From Craspedostauros australis (taxonomy: Eukaryota): 34,147 nt of DNA. A program made the position numbers and the translations under genes. The stretch is taken from NCBI GenBank assembly GCA_030167865.1, contig JALAGF010003302.1, forward strand, positions 1 to 34,147. The letters are read 5' to 3'. The notes under the pieces are model-generated. The model had not been told where the DNA came from. It was given only the letters and a program-made list of their open reading frames with translations, and did not search any database. Positions 1 through 11,475 of the stretch are shown piece after piece (the stretch's first letter is position 1; each line of letters opens with the position of its first letter).

Positions 1-268
1 AGGCGGGCGTTCGGCACAATCGCTGACAGTGGAACGATTGCTGCTATTCCTCCACATTATTACGCCTTTTCCATTCTGAGCGTTGATCACGACTCGCTTT
101 GTCGCCTCAAATCACGGCTTGCGGCATTTGCGGCGCACAGTCCATCTCCTCACATCGTTTTCGTTTCCCTCAGCAATGATTCCAAGAACAACACATGCCC
201 TTTGCGAACTGAGAACAGCGACGTAAAATTAGAGAACAACGGAGAAAACAACGGCGGGAGTATTATTG

Positions 269-1455
269 TTACGCTTTGTTTGGTGGGACATTTTGGTGTT
301 TTGTTTCGAGGAGATCGACCCGTGCTGCATGCGGGACCCATGTCTGGGCTCTGAGCGATTTCGGATTCTTCACCACACTCGCCCAGAATTTCTTCCGGCG
401 TTTGTGCAACGAGTTTGCGAGCGCACTTTCGACATCAAATGCAGGAAAGCCATGCGAGAGTTCAATCTGGGTCAACAAAGCAACTGCGTTGAATGCGAGG
501 TGGTGTTTGTTTGGATCATGCGTCCAAATCTCTTTCATGCATCTCCAATGTTTGATGCGGCGATTGATGGTTTCGTGGCGTGCGCGGCAGACACCATCAG
601 TGACCGAGCTTGGTCCCCAGACGTGTTTGTCTGCCTTGTACCCAGCATCCGCCACCACCATTTCGCCTTCGCGAAGTTGATGTTTGAGGCCAAAACGGAA
701 GATCTGAAGGTCGTTGAACATGCCGCAGGGGAACGGGCCATTTGCCCACACGATCTCACCGCTGGAGATGGAAACAGCGATTTCGTAGCGAACACCTGAC
801 CCCTTAAATTTGTGTGAGTACCACCCTTTGTTGAATGGTTTTGGTTCCTTGATACGCATGTCGGTTCCATCCACTGTCACCAGAGCAACAGCTTGTGGGG
901 ATGCGTTGCGGAATCGGTTTCCCCAGTGCAACTTCGCGTGGTGAAATTGAACGCCTCAACAAGAGCGAGAATAGCGCAACGGAGACAGAACGAGACCACA
1001 CGTGAGAAAACGAAGAAAGGACGAGCCACATGCTGCGTGTTTCACTCTCGTCATGCTGTACACACTATACCTACCACCAGTGGCTTCGCATACTCCATGG
1101 TTTCGAGCACCTTCCACACCCACTCTCTAAATGTCTTAGTGCTGCATTTCGCCAAGCTCGCAAGGATAGATGCCGATGAATACTGTTTGAGAAAAGCGCT
1201 TGTCCACAAGAAATGCTTTGGTTGCATACTTCGTGGAATCATTCCATGCATCCACATGTCATTCCACAGCAGATGCAAGACTTCCCCAGTCGTTCCAAAT
1301 ACGGCGTTGAAACGACCTTGGACAGCTTTGCTGACATGAGGGATATCGTGTAACTCATAGCAATACCCAATCATAGAAAAACCTGTGACTGCGAAGTAAC
1401 CTCTTGGAAGAGCGCGATTGTATTCGACCGAGCACATGACGCTGTTGGTTGCCAT
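269..1455 (-). CDS. PIF/Harbinger (IS5-like, DDE_Tnp_4-type) transposase, 2 exons: ~1455(or 1437)..1075 and 931..269
   Basis: Exon 2 has the catalytic motifs VDGTD, WYSHKFK, RYEIAV, ND, VADAGY and RARHETINRRIKHW. Exon 1 has an HTH-like region (RFNAVFG...PKHFLWTSAFLKQY...KTFREWVWKVL). A phase-0 intron at 1074..932 (GTAGGT...GAAG, 143 nt) joins KPLV|LHWGNRF in frame. The start codon is uncertain. Confidence 0.88.
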
Positions 1456-1893
1456 GCAATCATCAGAAGCGAAAAGAAGAAATTGCCGTTGTCTTGTGTG
1501 AGCACTATTGCACGGATTCACGGTGGCACATCCACCATGCGAGTTGCGCAGAGACCGAGATCCACAGCCCCATCTACTGTTCCTCATGCACAGAGAGGTT
1601 GCGTGCTGAGTTCCGCTCTACACAATCGTTGTCGATGCTGTCAGACGTCAGCATCGTGGCACTGACATCTCTCTGGGTTGGCGTTTCATACTTCTTCGTA
1701 TCGTTTGGATCATCTTCAAGGTAGGCTTGAACGTAACGGCCGCTTGGCTTGGCATAACAACAGGTTTCCATGTGCCTATTTCAATACACACTATTCCTTG
1801 CGGAGAGGTCGACGTAGCACACCAGCACAGAGCAAAGTGCAGAGTTGAAGTAGCCTGTTCCATTGGTGGAGTTGAAGGAAGAAGACCTGGTCT

Positions 1894-2870
1894 ATGCCAT
1901 ACCAACACGTCATGCTTTTTCAAAAACCGCATAACCCCAGGGAGCCTGCATACGACTTCATCCACCATCCCACTCATCAAGCACAACCCACCAGAAGTTT
2001 GGCATTGCAGGTTGCATGGAACAGTGCATACACTAGAGGGGCATATCTCAAGGACGTCAATGTTGACATCCTTGACTGTTCGAAAGATATTGATGTTGTG
2101 GTATGTTCTGCACAACTACCGCCACGTGGTGTGGCAGCATTCACGAATAACACCGTACCTCCGGCATTCTATTCCGGCACTTCATTGGAGTTGTATGAAG
2201 GAGGGCGCTGGGTGTCTTGGTGGCATGCAGCACCGCACATCAGGCAACGACGTGGTGCTTTGTTTGTTGAGAATTTAGCGAAAGACGAACAGATGGTGCC
2301 GCAATCGCGGGTATACGTAGACCGACACGCCTTTTGGGACAGGTCGTGCTGTCTTGAAGGGAGCAAACGGCGAAATCAACCAACCAACTGCCGAAACGCC
2401 AGAGGGAGGGACACCACGCACTTATTTGTCACACTGACATGGTTTGCATGGCGACGTTGCATGTTCTCCCTCCCTCTCTCTCTCTCTCGCTCTCTGTCTG
2501 TCTGTTGCCACGTCGGTCTCACCGTGACACATATGTTACATGGCGCCTGCGTGTCTCCCACAATGCAGAAGTGGAGACCCTCAATGATGACATCCCACTA
2601 CCCCATCAACGCCCATGCAGACACACTACGGCGCACAGATGGAATGATGACAACAAAGGACAGTTCAGGCGCCTGCGTGCGATCGGTTGTGCGCCGTTGT
2701 CGCAATGTCGCACTCCCCAACGCAGGAAAATGCGCATTTTGTGAATACAATAGTCGTTTTTGTGCAATTTGCGCTCTGACTATGTAGCCGTGTTGCGACA
2801 CCAATCATGGCAGCTTCGATGGGGTTGTGTGCACCTGTACAAGAGAAGAATGTAGGGAACCTAAATTCAT
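1894..2870 (+). pseudogene. Possible degenerate ORF inside the element (aromatic segment plus Cys-rich end)
   Basis: 297-aa ORF containing FYSGTSLELYEGGRWVSWWHA and CAFC..CAIC. Cys residues continue in frame past the TAG at 2785-2787. No family was recognised. Confidence 0.2.
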
Positions 2871-4109
2871 GACTTCAACACAGCTACACCGACGAGGAGA
2901 GCTCCATGACAAGCATTGTAAAGAACTAGCCTCCTGTGGCAAGTCTACAATAAGACATCAAACCTGCGTTCCTTGCGCAAAAGTCCCCAAGGGTGCTCTC
3001 ATGCGCATGCAGCTGGCGACGTTTATGCGGTGCGCAGGTGCTGGCCACCTACTGCGAAGGTGTCCCCACATCGACTCCGCGACGCACTTGCGATGTAGAG
3101 TCAGAGTAGTTGGCATGACAGCGGTGAGTCGACGCGTGGAGTCGCTTGATGCAGGCAGATGACGTCTTCACATTGTTGGCGACGAGTGATGTCACCGACG
3201 GAGGTTTTCGCATGAGAACTTGATAGGGAGATAGTGGGCTGTGTGTTGCGTTTGCTGCACTATCGTGGGTGGTATCACCAACATAGAAGGTAACGATACC
3301 ATTGGGAACGTCGACGTCATTGAAACGAAGCAGTGCACTGCCTGTTTCTAGATGCGAACGTGCATGCCGCCCCAAATGGGAGAAGACGCGACTACCATGT
3401 TCCAGAGTTTGATGTCAGTGACTTAGTCCCTGACATTGGGCACGACTATAAGTCATGGAGGTAGACAAACTGACGAATGTAATTCTCTTTTTGCGTTGTT
3501 TTCGCCAAATGCAAAGCACGACTACATTGAAGAAAGCATGGCATTATTGTTACATCCGTTGTGTTGCACTTGTTCTGTGATCCTTTTTCTCTGTACCTAT
3601 CATGCCATACGTACGAACGTACGTATCTGACATCGAGAATTTCGTATGTGCCCCGATTGTCTGCCTTTTGCACCAGGCAGGCCTGATGTGCACCTGCTGA
3701 CGACGTGGCGCTTGAGAAGTAGTTGCTGGTTCGATCTTCCCTCCTCTCTGTCTGCAACGACGACGTGTTGAACCGCTCGGCAGCTTTCTGATCTGATGCT
3801 CTTCCCGCGGATGTGCGGGTTGATGAGCGTGTGGGCGATCACGTTGGAGACAGGTTGAAGCAGACAGAGACCACGAGGTCGATGCCGACGTCGTTGATGA
3901 ACGCGTTGACAACAACGCAAACCATGACATGAAGGATGATCGCATCACTCCAAAGTCACATCACAGCTGCTTGAATGTTGTCGTGGTCATACAACAAGAC
4001 CTTCCAACCCTTGCACCACTCCAATTGGAACTACCACCACAACCACAGTTCCAGGCGCAGCTACACCAGCAATCACCATCGTATCAGCACAATCAACCCA
4101 CGCACGACC

Positions 4110-6554
4110 ATGTCGGCAAGGAAAGTGTGGTCGCGCAATGCCCCAGAGGTCCAACAGCTGCGAGGGATGCTGATCTCCGGTGAGATACCATCTTCCCTCC
4201 CCCCAGCTGTGGTGTGGGAACAGAACAGCTTTCTCCACGTGTTCATTGAGGCGCAGTTTGCAAGGAACTACCGCAACCTTCAACGTCAGATCGCAATGGA
4301 GCTTGGTACGTCATGATGCGCAACACTGGTCCTCAATGATGTCTGTGTTGCTCGCCATTTTGAATCAGAACATTGCTTCTGTATTGCCACTCTAATGTCC
4401 ACTCACTTCCTTTCAGGCCGCACCAACCCTTTCGCTGCTCCCGATATCACAACGTATGTTGAAAATCGGCATCATGTGTCCCCTGCCTCGCGAGCGAATC
4501 CATCGATGTCGCCATCTGTGTTCCTCAACACTGCATCATCGAACAACACAGATTCCGCGAATCATGGTCATGGGGGACCAACAGCAGCAACAACGTCGCC
4601 ACACGATGCCAATTCCGTGAACACGGCGACGCCCTCCCCAACATTCCCTGGTGTTTTGTTGCAGCCTGCACCACCGCGCCAGCTATCGCCATCGGCATAT
4701 GCCTGGCCACAGGGAATGTCTCACGGAAATACTCCGCTTGCTAGTTCATCCCAGCCGCCTGCTCTCCCAACCACGGGATGGAGCCCATCGCCACCAAGAA
4801 CGGAGGCAGAGGCGGTAGCAGCAGCAACAGCAGCAGACAGAAACTGTCAATTCATGATTCCAAAACAAGCAAGGGTTCTCCCTTCGGTGAAGGAATGGGT
4901 GGCGCAAAACGCCTCCATTGTGCTGCCGGCCATTCGTCACCAGTACGAGAACAGTGCTGGACATCGAGTGCTCGGGATTGATTTCGAGCTGCCAGCCGGA
5001 ACCTCTGAGGAGGACATCCGAAGCCTGGTGTCGGAGGATGGTACGTGTCTGGAGGTGCACATTACCGCAAACTCCAACCTACGATCAACCATATCCCAAG
5101 ACAATGCCATGATCGACCATCGAAATGGTGCCTCGGACGGAGTGCGCCTATTCGGGTTTGAGTTGCAGACCGAACGACGTGCAGCATACCGTTCGGCGGT
5201 GGCAATGGTCTCAACACACCATTTCACGATTGTGAGAGTGCATCGGGAGACCCTACCATTCCAAGTCAGTGGAAGGCTTGAAGGCACCAACGACAACGTC
5301 ATGCTTGGAAGCACTTTTGTGAACCCCACCATCCCATTGAATAATGGAAAAGGTGAAGTCCCTGCCCCACTGCTCCTCGTGCGCATGGTTGAAGGGCATT
5401 CTATGCGCCCTGTACCAGCCGCACCCATGAGTCGAGCCACTTACTCCTCATGCGCTGGGAACTGGCCAGCTGGGGGCCAAATCCTTCCTCGAGGTTCTGT
5501 GGGGAGCCCACGTCACCCCCACAACAACAGAACGGGTGAGAGCATTGTTGATCTGATGGAGTCAGGCAGCTCCGCAGATGAGGACTCCTTGGATAACTCT
5601 ACAGGGGGCATGCCGCCACCTCGACGTCGCAGTGTGCAACATCAGAAGGTAAGAACACACTGAGCAGAATATTGGTTGCATGCATTGCTCATGTTCTCAC
5701 ACCATCCTCCTCTTTGCACATTGATTTGGCTCTATCTGCCACAACACACACATCACACACAACAACATGCAAACCACAAACGCCAATGAACTGCAACAAT
5801 GAACAAGAACCATGATGAAAGGGTGGACGCCACAAACTGTGAGGATGTGATAAGCATCCACTCGTCATGCGCCGATGACGAAATGTTCCGCTCATGCAGA
5901 AGAATCCGGAGTGCATCAACGAAGCACTGCAGCAGGAAGGGCTCGCGGGAGAGTGTGTGCAGTGCATACAGCCGCTGCTCCAAACGCAGCCATCGGACCA
6001 GCAGGAGTCGTCGCACCTACAGTGATGATCTGAGTGTGTCCAGTGCAAAGTCCAGTCACAGTCGACACAGCACGAGCAGCATGACTAGGAAGAACAGGAA
6101 TGCAATCAGCCGCGATGCCATACGCAATGCAGCGCACAGAATGCACTCAGACACCGTCAGCGTCCGGTATCATAAGGCCAACGGACGAAAGGAGGCAAGA
6201 TATGGGACCGCAAGCACTGGCAACATGAGCGTTGCCAGTGCAAGGAGCTGTGCAACATCGCGAAGCAACAGAAGTGGCAGAAGCAATAGGAGTATCCGAA
6301 GCATGAAGAGCACCCAATCTGGAAGCAACAGGAAGCCAGCAGCAAAAGTCCTTCCCAGCACAAGCAGGAAGGATGATGGTGGAAACAGCAACAAGAGCAA
6401 GAATGGTGCAGCCACTTCCAACACACCAACAGCCGCTGCAAAAGTAACTGTGGTAACACGCAGCAGCACGCGCCGGCATCCTACCGCATTGAAGGACAAC
6501 AAGAAGCCCTTGCCGCAGGGAAGCAAACAGAATTCGGCAGCAGAAGCAAAGTAA
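4110..6554 (+). CDS. Transposon-associated protein: Myb/SANT(trihelix)-like N-terminus, Pro/Ser-rich linker, HSP20-like segment, basic Ser/Arg-rich tail; exons 4110-4305, 4417-5648, 5808-6554
   Basis: ATG at 4110. Intron 4306-4416 (GTACGT...CTAAT...TTTCAG, phase 1) joins ORFs 3975..4316 and 4395..5663 in frame. A GTAAGA donor at 5649 with an AAG acceptor at 5807 (phase 0) would join ORF 5799..6554; this second junction is less certain. Confidence 0.6.
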
Positions 6555-7163
6555 CAAGGCAGCACCATATGGCACAGCATCGGAACGAATGAAGACATAA
6601 GACAGCAGCTGAAGGCAGCACCAAAGCAACAGCGGTATGAACAAGAGATCAAGAATGAATGATATATCAACACCGACCAAACCACACCAACAACAACAAA
6701 ACCACACAAAAAGCAAAAAACGAAAACAATATAAATAGGGGCAGAGGCATGGTGGTGGGCGCATTCTGCACCCATCATCATAATTGTAGGAGACAAATTG
6801 CTGGCCCCAAAAATTGCTTACTTTCTTTCTTGCTTTGTGGCGGACTGTATGTGCATTTTGTGTTATTTTCTGTCTGTCTGTCGTACGGGCCATTTCTGTG
6901 CACGCCTTCGTTTACCTCGACTCCCTGTGGGTCATCTCGCATCCGTGCTCTGTGCTGTGCTGCGCTGTGCTCGTTGTCGGTACTTGATGAGAGTCCAACA
7001 GTGTGTGGTACGAACTGTGCCGGCCCAATCAAACGAGCGAAAGCAATGTCCACGCTCGTCGGCACCAAAACGCAACGATCGTGGTTGGCGAAGGAATGGC
7101 TGCGAGAGGTATTATCTGTGCCTGTCCCTCCAATTGCAATCATAATTCCTTCCCTCGTCCATC

Positions 7164-10100
7164 ATGAAAGCCTCGCATTCCTGTCAGCAAACCCTCGTCG
7201 CTGTGCTGCTTGCGGTGATTGCAGTCTGTGCAACATCGGCCGCAGCCCAAACGGTGAGTGAAACGACCCTTTGCGATGGTTGTTCTCTCTCTCTCTCTCT
7301 TGTGACCGTGGATGGGTCGGCCATGCCATCTCATCATCCATTCTCAACCGTACATTTCGCGTCTGCCAATCTCCGTCTCCCTCCACCCCACACCCCACAT
7401 ACGAGTACGAATATTCACCCTTTTCACAACCACCACACCTTCACCCAATCGATCCCGCCCAATCAATTTCAATCCAAACGACAATCAGACCACCACCACC
7501 AACAACAACAGCAACAGTATCCTGAAGGAACCATGCCTCATCATCGCGCGCATCACCGGTTTCACTGATGGAACCGATACAACCGACCTTTTCTGCATGC
7601 TCAGAGGAGTCGATGTGACATCCCATGGTCCCATCGACATGAAGATCGATGGATTGACGGAACAGTGGGCGATCGATCGCCAAGCGTTCCCCAGCGCCAC
7701 CGTCCAGCACACCATCTTCATGGAGAACGTCATCGTTGATGACAGCAACTTCACGCTGAAGCTGCCGGATGGCATGACCATCGATGACATGCTGCTTGCG
7801 CATCATACCGATGGACGCACAGATGGACACGGGCATGGACGCGCACTGGACACTCCAGATATGTTGGGCGTTGGAGACAAGAAGGTCCTCCTGATTCAGG
7901 TTGTGTTTCAGAACAATTACACTGTCCCAAAATCTCTCATTGTGGACAAAGTATTCAATGCGCAGCCCAATTTCACCGACCAGTTCGAGGCCATGTCGTT
8001 CGGCAAGCTTTCACTTTCCACAATGCCAACGAATGGCACCGACGATGGGATCCTCACAATTCACTATCCTTCTGAAGCTGATCCCTACACTCTCCGGAAC
8101 AGCGATGTTGACAACTACGTCAGGCAATACCTGGCGCTGGAGGCCAAGATCTTTGACGACTTCGATCATTTCATGATTTTCATGCCGTATTCGACTGACA
8201 GTAATCAGGGTCGAATCTGGGCTGGTAAGTTTCAGTGCCATTTTCAGCAACGGACGTCCCCTTTGGGACATTGCGCGTGCACCGCCATGCAGCGCAGCAA
8301 ACTGTGTTGGGCGCTCCTGTGGCATGAACAGTGATGATAACGGGACATCATTTGAGATGATTCTCCTTGACGTGAACCCAGATCTCCACAGGCCGACGAG
8401 ATCATTGCTCAAGACACTGCGGTCATGATTGGATCCACCGTACTATACGAATTTGATACTGACACGATCGGTTTATTTGCTCTGTTTCCAACTACCGCAA
8501 TCTACTCACCCATTCAATCATATCATTCCATGCGAATCCAACATGTTGTCCATAACGTGCTTCGTATCCAACGTCAACTCTCAGCTTACGCATACTTGTA
8601 TCGAGAAACCAGCGTGTACAACGGCATTAAAGACTACCCAAATGCACACCGGGGGTTCCAATTGGACACTATCATCCACGAACTTGGTCATAACTTCGGC
8701 CTGCACCATTCCAATCGATTTGGGGAAGAGTACGGGGACCGAAGGTATGCATCCGAAGATGATCTGGAGCTCACGTGCAACTGCCGAAGCTGCATGGTGT
8801 CGGCCTCTAACAACCACTTCACCACCTCTGCATGCACGCATACACTCACGTTCTCTGCCGCTCTTTCTCTTTTCCTTTTGTGCTGTTGCTGGGCTTGTTT
8901 CTGCCATTTCTCCTTGGCGGATCAACATGTCTGCATTGAATCGCACAGTGGGGCCATGGGTGGTAGGAATTACAATCGATTTGGCAACGGAACACTTTCT
9001 ACGCTCTCGGGTTACAACGGTAAGCATCCTCAGATCTGATGGCGGCAGATCACATGTCCATCAATGCAGAGCCTGATCGATGCCTCATCCTGAGACAGCC
9101 AATGTCATCATCGAAAGAACACTCTGCATGACGCAGCGGGCGGAATCTGGGGACCCAACCAGTGGAGCTCTCACTGATCCCTTTGTATGCGCTTGTCGGG
9201 AATTGCTGATCGAAATTGCACCCAATTTATGACATTCATCGACCGTGGCACGTTGGGCTATTCCCGCCATACTCGTGTGGCCACTGACTCGTCTCCCCAA
9301 TGCAATTGCCTTGCCGTGCTTGTTTTGTCTCTCGCATCAAAACTAAAACCACAACGCGTGCACTTACCATACGGCATCCCGTATTCCGCACGTCTAATCA
9401 CGTCTCAAACGGAACCAACTGAAATCGAACATGCCCATCTCAAAGGGGCCAAGAGTTGGGAAATGGGATGGTATTTTGATCAGACCATCACACTCACGGG
9501 AGGCCAAGACATCGACTTCGAAGGAAGGCTCTGTGGTGTGGTAGACTACGACCCCACCGATACAAGCTACCATGTCATCATCCGAATCGATGATCCTGAG
9601 AGCGCTTTCAACTACTACGTCGCGTTTAACCGAGCCATCGGTTTCAATGCCGATTCGTCACTAGGCAGAAACCAAGTGCTCGTCACATCAGCACGTGATC
9701 GGGTTCCAGGCTATTGGGAGAGATCCGAGTTGGAGGCCATTCTGGACATTGCCCAACCGTCGTACAGGATCATTGAGTTTGGATCTGCGAAGCTCTTGCA
9801 TGGCATCGTAATTTCCGTTTCCAACATCGATGATGAATCGGCGACACCAATGTGTGCGACGGTGAGCGTGAAAGGGGAGTTCAGCCAATCGCCATCCACT
9901 ACACCATCCGTTTCTTTTGCGCCATCAGTATCAGTAGCACCTTCCAACATACCAAGCGCACCCCCCAGCCTAACTCCAACAGGACAGTGCGGAAAGTGGG
10001 AATACACAAGGTCCCGTCGAAGCTTGTTTGGTGATGATGACATCACGAAGTCCTTCAGATTCGATTTGCGCACACTTGGGGACTTTCAAATCACCGGAAT

Positions 10101-11475
10101 GCGGCTTTTCGTGGCTCCGGGCTTTTCCAATATGCCGTACACGATCTTCTTCCGACCAGACACCTGGGAGGTGGATGGCAACTGGACTCAGATCGCATCG
10201 GGAAACAACGGAGAAACAGATTCGGATGACTATACGGCCACCCTCCCGTTTGATTCACCTCTGCTCCTGCCAGCGAATACTGGCACTGTTTCCTTCCGCA
10301 TCGACATGGCCAATCAATTTCAAATCTCATTCTCGGGCTCCGCACGCATGGCACCATCCGATACTTTCTCATGTCCATTTTGCCCATTTGATGTGTATGC
10401 TGGACAAGCCAGTTTTGAAATTGGAGACAGTGCACCCAGCTTCTTCCCCGGTTTCTTCCCCTACTTCATTGGTTCACTCGATTTCTGCTATGACCTGGAC
10501 ACCGAGATGCCGACTGGATCGGCTTCTCCGTCAACGTCAGTATCACCAACGACCCAGCCATCTATCGTTCCGTCACAGGCACCGACTACTTCATGTCTCA
10601 GTGGAGAGACGGCTGGTCTCCCACGTGAATTCTATGAAGATGAGATTGCATCCGTGCGATACAATATTGAGATATTGAGCGGCATCGACATCACGGGCAT
10701 GAGGCTCGTGTTGCCATCGACTGGGAGCCAACCATACACCATCTTCTACCGTCCAAGCACGTGGGACGCACCTGGTGACTGGACAGAAATCGCGTCCGGA
10801 ACAATCGAGGCGAGAGGGAGCGAAGAGTTCACAGATGTGATCACATTTGATCGACCACTGTCTGTTTCGGAGGCCGACGGCGTGGTCGCCATCCGTGTGG
10901 ATACGCAGACAGAATCATTGTATGATGCCACGGAGGACTACGAGCCTACACCACCAGACTGGTTCGAATGTGAGGAATGCCCGTTCATCATGTTCCCAGG
11001 GATGTCAAGCGAAGAGGTTGGAGAGTATCCTGATGCCGCTTACGAAGGTTACTACGACTTCTTCATGGGATCGTTGGAGTTCTGCAAAACCGACTCTCTG
11101 ACAGTGTTGGCTACGAATACACCATCGGACATGGCATCCGCTGCGCCATCGCTTCTGCCATCACCCGCACCGTCACCTTCGACGTCATCCAGACCATCGT
11201 TCATGCCCTCGCCCACACCGTCATCCGCACCGTCGCCTTCGACGTCATCCAGACCATCGTTCATGCCCTCGCCCACACCGTCATCCGCACCGTCGCCTTC
11301 GACGTCATCCAGACCATCGTTCATGCCCTCGTCCACACCGTCATCCAGACCATCGCTCCCGCCCTCGTCCGTACCATCTTCGCAACCAACCCTGGCCTGG
11401 AGCACGAAGGGAGCGAAGGGGTCAAAATCATCGAAAGAAAGCAAAACGAGCAAGTCTTCCAAATCATCCAAGTGA
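7164..11475 (+). CDS. Secreted zinc metalloprotease, peptidase M11 (gametolysin-like) family; exons 7164-7253, 7489-8224, 8585-8744, 8949-9019, 9446-11475
   Basis: Signal peptide (LVAVLLAVIAVCATSAAAQ). Metzincin motif HELGHNFGLHHS, then EYGDR|SGAMG (Met-turn) and YN|GAKSWEMGWY. All four GT-AG introns (7254-7488, 8225-8584, 8745-8948, 9020-9445) are phase-consistent. Confidence 0.85.
11161..11340 (+). repeat. 3 x 60-bp coding tandem repeat (S[PS]APSPSTSSRPSFMPS[PS]TP)
   Basis: The 60-mers starting at 11161, 11221 and 11281 are near-identical. Confidence 0.97.

Larger units (their letters stand above)
269..6554. mobile_element. Putative Harbinger-type DNA transposon (transposase plus divergent Myb/SANT-like partner gene); boundaries undefined
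   Basis: The two-gene arrangement is typical of PIF/Harbinger elements. No convincing TIR or TSD was found by eye, so the coordinates only span the two genes. Confidence 0.55.

Noticed and set aside
1574-2115. Ulp1/C48 protease-like hints on the minus strand (HFALCW, TPTQRD, GCG)
   Set aside because: The motifs are in different frames and I could not join Q-x-D to the Cys with a consistent splice.
1-7100. Terminal inverted repeats or TSD for the Harbinger element
   Set aside because: Only 7-bp chance matches (ACAGTCC, CGGCACA) were found between 1-150 and 6840-7025. The left end may lie outside the window.
11161-11340. CRISPR-like array
   Set aside because: The repeats are contiguous with no spacers and lie in frame within a eukaryotic CDS.
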